Positions 59,045-64,000 of a stretch of DNA of 64,000 nucleotides are shown here, piece after piece. The number at the start of each line of letters is the position of its first letter. The stretch's first letter is position 1. A model generated the notes under the pieces. It was not told where the DNA came from and searched no databases. It saw only the letters and a list, made by a program, of their open reading frames with translations. The position numbers and the translations under genes were made by a program. Source of the DNA: Spirochaetia bacterium (GTDB lineage: Bacteria > Spirochaetota > Spirochaetia > UBA9216); contig CAXXYH010000003.1 of assembly GCA_963677925.2 (NCBI GenBank), positions 1,984,001-2,048,000 on the forward strand, written 5' to 3'.

Positions 59045-60685
59045 ATGGATATCGAAAATGATAAAAACGATAATCTTTTCTCCGGAGAGATGGACCCTGA
59101 CATAGCCGATTTAATGGGCTTTGACAACAATGAGGGTCCTTCTTTTGATCTGCTTTTTGAGGAAGGCACAGGCAATGAGCTGCCGCCCGAAGAACCGGGA
59201 TTCTCAAGCACCGAATTTGAAAAAATAACAAAATTTCTTGAAGATACTCCAAGCCAGATTTTCCGTAATAAGGAATACTATAAACAGGCACTTTCCGGCG
59301 AGGGTGATGAGGCTCAGCGCTTTCATAAAAACCTTACCGAATATATGAATACGGAAAACCCGAAAGACCGCTCAATGATCAGGGGCAAACTGATTTCCGC
59401 CTACTGGGATCTTGCTGAAAGCATAGCGAAGAAGATTCATGCCGGCCTGCCTGATCCGAAAAGATTTACATTGAGATACGGTTCTGTGCTTCCTAATATA
59501 ATTTCAGCCGAAACCAGAGACCTTCTTGCCAAAGTTATAGTTGAAAACAGTACACCCGAACCGGTCCACTACCTGGATGAATGGCTGTATAAAATATCCA
59601 CCGGTGCAGTAAACGCCTCCATTACCGATGAGGTCAAAACCACTAAACTGAAAAGCTCTGAAAACCTGAAGCCGCAGATTGACAAACTGCAGGGCCAGAG
59701 CCGCTCTATAATGGGTATTATTAAACGGAAACAGGAAATTCTCGCCGACAATGAGAACCTTCTGCTTGAAAAAATAAAGCTTGCCAGCGGCAAAGAAAGA
59801 AATCTCAATTACCCGGACCTTTACACCACATATAATTCAGAACAGAGGCGTGCTCATTACGATATCAGCCAGATTCTGAAATATCTGCAGAAACAGGACA
59901 AGGAAATTTCAGGGCTGTTTTTCGATCTTGAAAAAAACGACAAACTGCTTAAATCTCTTGAAGAAAAGGCTGAACGCCTCGGTGAGGTAATGCATGTCGA
60001 CACCTCGATAATAATCAAGGAGTTCGGTTCCATCAGGCAGATGGCCAAGATGTGTGTCGGACGGCAGGGCAATCATATTCCAATTCTGATGAAGCAGTAT
60101 TTCAATGCCGATCAGTATAACCTTGGAACAAGGGAAAACGTAATATGTGAACTATCCAAGGTTGAAACACTCGATCCGGGTCTGTTTATGCGAACCTTCA
60201 AACGCGAAACAACCAGAATTGTTCCCTATATCATCCTGATACCATGCTACGGCGAAAGAGGAATATGCTGGGAGCCCTTTGAAAAATACAACAGGGCGAC
60301 AAGCCGCGGAAGAATTGCAATTCCAATGTACTCAAAAGATCTAAACACAGCTATTATTGCCGCCATGGCAGACCTTAGATGGCAGGTGGCCAAAGAGAAG
60401 GCCCAGCACTACTGGATGGAAGAAGGCCTGACCGGTCATTATTACCAGTGGTTCTCTGAAAAACGTATGAAAGGTGATGTCCGGGAACGCTTCATCAACG
60501 ATTACATACTCTGGATAACCAAGGAAAGTGAAGGAACCCAGAAACTTGAGCGAGAGGTCAGGGGCATATTCTGGAGAGACATGCCCTTTCCCGATGAGAT
60601 TAGAGACAAATTGAAAAACCGGGGATTCGTCTACAACGAGCTCTATAAAAAAGACATCAACCGTTCAATGTCGGACGGATATTAA
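59045..60685 (+). CDS. Conserved hypothetical protein (acidic N-terminus, coiled coil, conserved-looking C-terminal domain)
   Basis: 546-aa ORF. The track's start at 58994 is inside the tRNA, so the ATG at 59045 is used. Confidence 0.85.
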   Translation: MDIENDKNDNLFSGEMDPDIADLMGFDNNEGPSFDLLFEEGTGNELPPEEPGFSSTEFEKITKFLEDTPSQIFRNKEYYKQALSGEGDEAQRFHKNLTEYMNTENPKDRSMIRGKLISAYWDLAESIAKKIHAGLPDPKRFTLRYGSVLPNIISAETRDLLAKVIVENSTPEPVHYLDEWLYKISTGAVNASITDEVKTTKLKSSENLKPQIDKLQGQSRSIMGIIKRKQEILADNENLLLEKIKLASGKERNLNYPDLYTTYNSEQRRAHYDISQILKYLQKQDKEISGLFFDLEKNDKLLKSLEEKAERLGEVMHVDTSIIIKEFGSIRQMAKMCVGRQGNHIPILMKQYFNADQYNLGTRENVICELSKVETLDPGLFMRTFKRETTRIVPYIILIPCYGERGICWEPFEKYNRATSRGRIAIPMYSKDLNTAIIAAMADLRWQVAKEKAQHYWMEEGLTGHYYQWFSEKRMKGDVRERFINDYILWITKESEGTQKLEREVRGIFWRDMPFPDEIRDKLKNRGFVYNELYKKDINRSMSDGY

Positions 60686-60687
60686 GC

Positions 60688-62517
60688 CTATACCTTAAAC
60701 CGGTTCACCTGACTGTGGATTATCTCAGCCTGACTGCCGATATCTTCTGCAACATCCTTAAGATAGATAATAACCCTTGTAATTTCCCTCATCCCTTCTG
60801 AACTTTCATCCATAGCCACAACAACATCTCTTGAAATATCATTCAGCTGTTCCATGCCGCCCTTAATTCTCATTGACGAAGACTGAATACGTCTTGAGGA
60901 ATCAATTACTGATCCGGATACCCCCTGAAGACCGGTTACTGCTGAGAGAATCTGATCGCTCCCCTGTTTGAGTTCAACAGTGCTGGCTGAAATCTCTCTC
61001 AATGCATCGGCAACCATATTCACATCGCTGGTCATCTGATTAAAAGACTCGTTGCTGCTCTTATTCGCATCATAGGCAGTTGTAATTTCGCGGAGAACAA
61101 GCTCAAGAATAGAACTGATTCTCTTGGACTGCTCACCCGTTGATTCCGACAGCTTCCTGATCTCATCGGCAACAACAGCAAAACCCTTGCCGGCATCCCC
61201 GGCATGAGCCGCTTCAATCGCTGCATTCATAGCCAGGAGGTTTGTCTGTGATGCAATAGAGTTGATCATCTCGGTAATCTCTCCAATGGATCCCAGATTA
61301 TTATTTACCTGCTCCACGGACAAAAGAGCCTGTTCGACCTTTTCTCCTCCGGCTTTTACAGTATTCTCAAGCTCTGTCATCGCCTTTGCTTTTTCACGGG
61401 TAATATCAGCCACACTGGCTATTGAGGCAATCATCTGTGTAACTGCAGCGGTTGAATCATCAATCATCCCGTTCTGTTCAAGAATCTGCGACTCCATATC
61501 ATTTATGCTGGCATCTATATCAGCGATCAGATCTGTGGAAGAAACGATATTGTCATTTAGAAGACTGATTTTATTTTTCATATTGCCAATATTCTCAGAG
61601 ATTTCAACAGAGGCAACACTTGCCTCTTCCGAGTTATGAAGAAGATCGTTTTTATAATTGGTATTAAGCTCAACTGCCTCCTGCATCTTTCTGATTATAA
61701 GGGTAATACTGTCGAAAAAGACGTTAAGGTTATTGCTCATCACTCCAATTTCATCGCCTTTTCCAGCCGGAATACGCCTGGTGAGATCCCCGTCACCCTC
61801 TGAGAATTCGGAAGTCAGATCTGCAACCTGCTTTACAGGCCGGACAATAGAGAGATCAATAAAAAAGTAAACCAGAATGAGCGATAAAAAAAGTACAGCA
61901 ATTATGATATATATGGTGGTATGAGATCGCACTGAAATGCTGTGTACATTTCCAAACTCGGTTTCAGCCAGATCAAGTGAAAGGTTGGTAAGCTCATCCA
62001 TAACATTCCGCATATCACCAAAAGGCTGTTTATGTTCATCAGACTGAGTAAACTCAAGGGCTTCAGCTGCATCTTCAGGAATAAGGTCCATAGTATACGT
62101 AAGTGTTTTAATCCAGCCATTATAATATTTGTTAAAATCGGCAATATAGGATTCTATAGACTCCGGTGCTTTATTGCCCGTATCCGAAGTATATGAATTA
62201 ACAAATTTATCAAATCTTTCCCTCACCTGATCCCGGTTTTCATTCACATCGCCATAAAGAGCCGTCGCAGTTTCTGTATCGCCTTCAAGGTATTCTGTAA
62301 CAGCCTGAAGAAGGGCAAGTTCACTCTGATAGGCATCTCTGTCGGCTTCTATCAGAAAATCCATACTGACAAGTCTGATTTTGTAAATTTTCTCTGAATT
62401 ATAAACAAGGTCTCTGCAGTTAAAAAGAATTGCAGTAAACCCGATTACCAAAAGCAATAAAATCAGCAGGAAACCAAAGATAATTTTGCTTCTGAATGAT
62501 AAGACCCTTTTCATCAC
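60688..62517 (-). CDS. Methyl-accepting chemotaxis protein with a four-helix-bundle sensor
   Basis: Two TM segments, HAMP ([13 protein letters not shown]), and [36 protein letters not shown]. Confidence 0.93.
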   Translation of the reverse strand: MMKRVLSFRSKIIFGFLLILLLLVIGFTAILFNCRDLVYNSEKIYKIRLVSMDFLIEADRDAYQSELALLQAVTEYLEGDTETATALYGDVNENRDQVRERFDKFVNSYTSDTGNKAPESIESYIADFNKYYNGWIKTLTYTMDLIPEDAAEALEFTQSDEHKQPFGDMRNVMDELTNLSLDLAETEFGNVHSISVRSHTTIYIIIAVLFLSLILVYFFIDLSIVRPVKQVADLTSEFSEGDGDLTRRIPAGKGDEIGVMSNNLNVFFDSITLIIRKMQEAVELNTNYKNDLLHNSEEASVASVEISENIGNMKNKISLLNDNIVSSTDLIADIDASINDMESQILEQNGMIDDSTAAVTQMIASIASVADITREKAKAMTELENTVKAGGEKVEQALLSVEQVNNNLGSIGEITEMINSIASQTNLLAMNAAIEAAHAGDAGKGFAVVADEIRKLSESTGEQSKRISSILELVLREITTAYDANKSSNESFNQMTSDVNMVADALREISASTVELKQGSDQILSAVTGLQGVSGSVIDSSRRIQSSSMRIKGGMEQLNDISRDVVVAMDESSEGMREITRVIIYLKDVAEDIGSQAEIIHSQVNRFKV

Positions 62518-62619
62518 CGCCCTCCGGAAAATACAAATACAGACTTATAAAATTTAAGTATATGCATTTCCGGACCCGATGCAATTTATGTGCGGTCAGC
62601 GGGAGATTCTTAACTCCGT

Positions 62620-63396
62620 TCAGAGTCCGGTCGGAACGTCAATAAAGAAGGTTTCAATCCCGGTGTCGGCCTCACAGCGCTCTGCAAGAAGCCTGACACC
62701 CCAGGTTTCTGTATTGTAGTGGCCTCCGCTTACTAGGTTGATTCCGCGTTCAAGGCAGGGGTGATATACAGTGTGCGAAGCATCTCCGGTAATGTAGAGA
62801 TCAGCGCCCATTTCCATTGCTTCAAAAACATCATCTGTGCCTCCGCCGGAAATTACCGCAAAGGATTTAATCTTTGCCGGACCGAAGGGCAGTACTGAAA
62901 GACAGCTTTCCCGGGTAAGGCCCATCATTGAAAGCACAGAATCAAGATCCGCTTCCTGCTTCAGTTCCCCCGAAAACCCGATCATCATTCCCTTGTACTC
63001 ACCGAAGGGTTCGATATTGACGGCACCGAGGGCGGCACAGATTCCGGCATTGTTGCCGAACTCCGGATGCATATCAAGTGGCAGATGTGCCGCATATAGC
63101 GCAATATTATTTTCAATAAGGAATTTCAGTCTTTTATAGTGAGAACCCGTAAGAGCTTCCGGCCTTCCCCAGAAGAGTCCGTGGTGAACAAAAAGCATAT
63201 CCGCACCCTGTGCAGCAGCGCGTTCAAAGCTCTCCATGCAGGCATCGACGGCAAAAGCCGCCTTTTTAATCTCAGCATTCTCGGGCTCTCCGCTGCCCGA
63301 AGTAACCTGAATGCCGTTGAGCGAAATATCCCTTCCGCCGACCTCTTCAATCTTCAGATTATCCTTGAAATACCGGTCAAGTTCAGCAAGCGTCAT
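62620..63396 (-). CDS. Nif3-like dinuclear metal centre protein
   Basis: NGIQV, FAVDA, VHHGLFW, YAAHLPLDMH, YITGD, GGHYNTE. Confidence 0.92.
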   Translation of the reverse strand: MTLAELDRYFKDNLKIEEVGGRDISLNGIQVTSGSGEPENAEIKKAAFAVDACMESFERAAAQGADMLFVHHGLFWGRPEALTGSHYKRLKFLIENNIALYAAHLPLDMHPEFGNNAGICAALGAVNIEPFGEYKGMMIGFSGELKQEADLDSVLSMMGLTRESCLSVLPFGPAKIKSFAVISGGGTDDVFEAMEMGADLYITGDASHTVYHPCLERGINLVSGGHYNTETWGVRLLAERCEADTGIETFFIDVPTGL

Positions 63397-64000
63397 CTAC
63401 TGCCTCCATAACTCTTCTGTATCTGGTACAGAATTATTTTTCATAAAGTACCCGATTCTTGAAACATTTATCAAATGCCGGAACGAAAGATTCTCGGAAA
63501 TACTGTTATTACCCCAGGAACCGCAGCCCAGTGTTGTAGTAGGAGTGAAGCCGTTGAAAAAGCTTCCTCCGGCGCTTGTTGATGAAGGCTGATTTATAAC
63601 GAGCCTGCTGGCCGGAAGTCTGAGGGCGGCAAGTTCTATAAATTCGCTGTTTTCGGAATGAATAGAAACCGAATGTCCGGCACCCTCAAGGTTCAGGTTG
63701 GCCGCTGCTATATCAAGGGCGTCATTAGAATCGGAATATGTATAGACAGACAGCACAGGACACATCTTCTCTCTGGAAAGATTATCGGCCGCTCCTCTGC
63801 CTGCAGCTTTCAAAAGTATAACCTCAGTTCCTTCCGGAATTTCCACTCCAGCAAGAGCCGCAACAGCGGCAGCCGGTTTCCCGACCAGAGAAGGATTCAT
63901 CCGGCCTTCAGGAAAAACAGCATTCCTGAAAGCCTCAACCTCCGCTTCAGAATCTGTATACCAGCAGCCGGCACTGCTGAATGCGGAAATTACCGAATCA
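63397..64000 (-). CDS. Acylating aldehyde dehydrogenase (AdhE-N / EutE / SucD-like), C-terminal part; start lies outside the window
   Basis: SREKMCPVL, GAGHSVSIHS, NGFTPTTTLGCGSWGNNSISENL. The frame is open to the window end. Confidence 0.88.
   Translation of the reverse strand, partial: DSVISAFSSAGCWYTDSEAEVEAFRNAVFPEGRMNPSLVGKPAAAVAALAGVEIPEGTEVILLKAAGRGAADNLSREKMCPVLSVYTYSDSNDALDIAAANLNLEGAGHSVSIHSENSEFIELAALRLPASRLVINQPSSTSAGGSFFNGFTPTTTLGCGSWGNNSISENLSFRHLINVSRIGYFMKNNSVPDTEELWRQ

Noticed and set aside
58962-60685. tRNA as an integration site or island boundary
   Set aside because: No integrase and no duplicated tRNA 3' end were noticed in the window.

Overview
This is a gene-dense bacterial chromosomal segment, probably from a free-living Spirochaetales member. 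That assignment is inferred from the mitochondrial-like EF-G1 outside the str operon, the BMP and OppA binding proteins and the MCPs. About 47 CDS are present. They include carD-ispD-ispF-nth, a DAHP synthase/prephenate dehydratase fusion, fusA, an FMN-riboswitch-controlled ribD-ribE-ribBA-ribH operon, a purine PRTase with a BMP-type ABC transporter, addB-addA, a MoxR-DUF58-transglutaminase module, two MCPs and tRNA-Ala(GGC). Cyclic-nucleotide signalling genes are abundant: one GGDEF cyclase, two intact class III cyclases, two HD-GYP proteins and a cNMP-binding HATPase protein. The most interesting candidate is a translationally coupled pair of degenerate class III cyclase-fold genes (56988-58912). 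Their catalytic residues are split complementarily, like the C1/C2 halves of mammalian adenylyl cyclase. Other notable observations are a 62-nt insertion in the FMN riboswitch, several apparently leaderless genes, and a T9 homopolymer that appears to frameshift the DUF58 N-terminus. No CRISPR array, rRNA, transposase or integrase was seen. All family calls come from motif recognition by eye; no searches were run.
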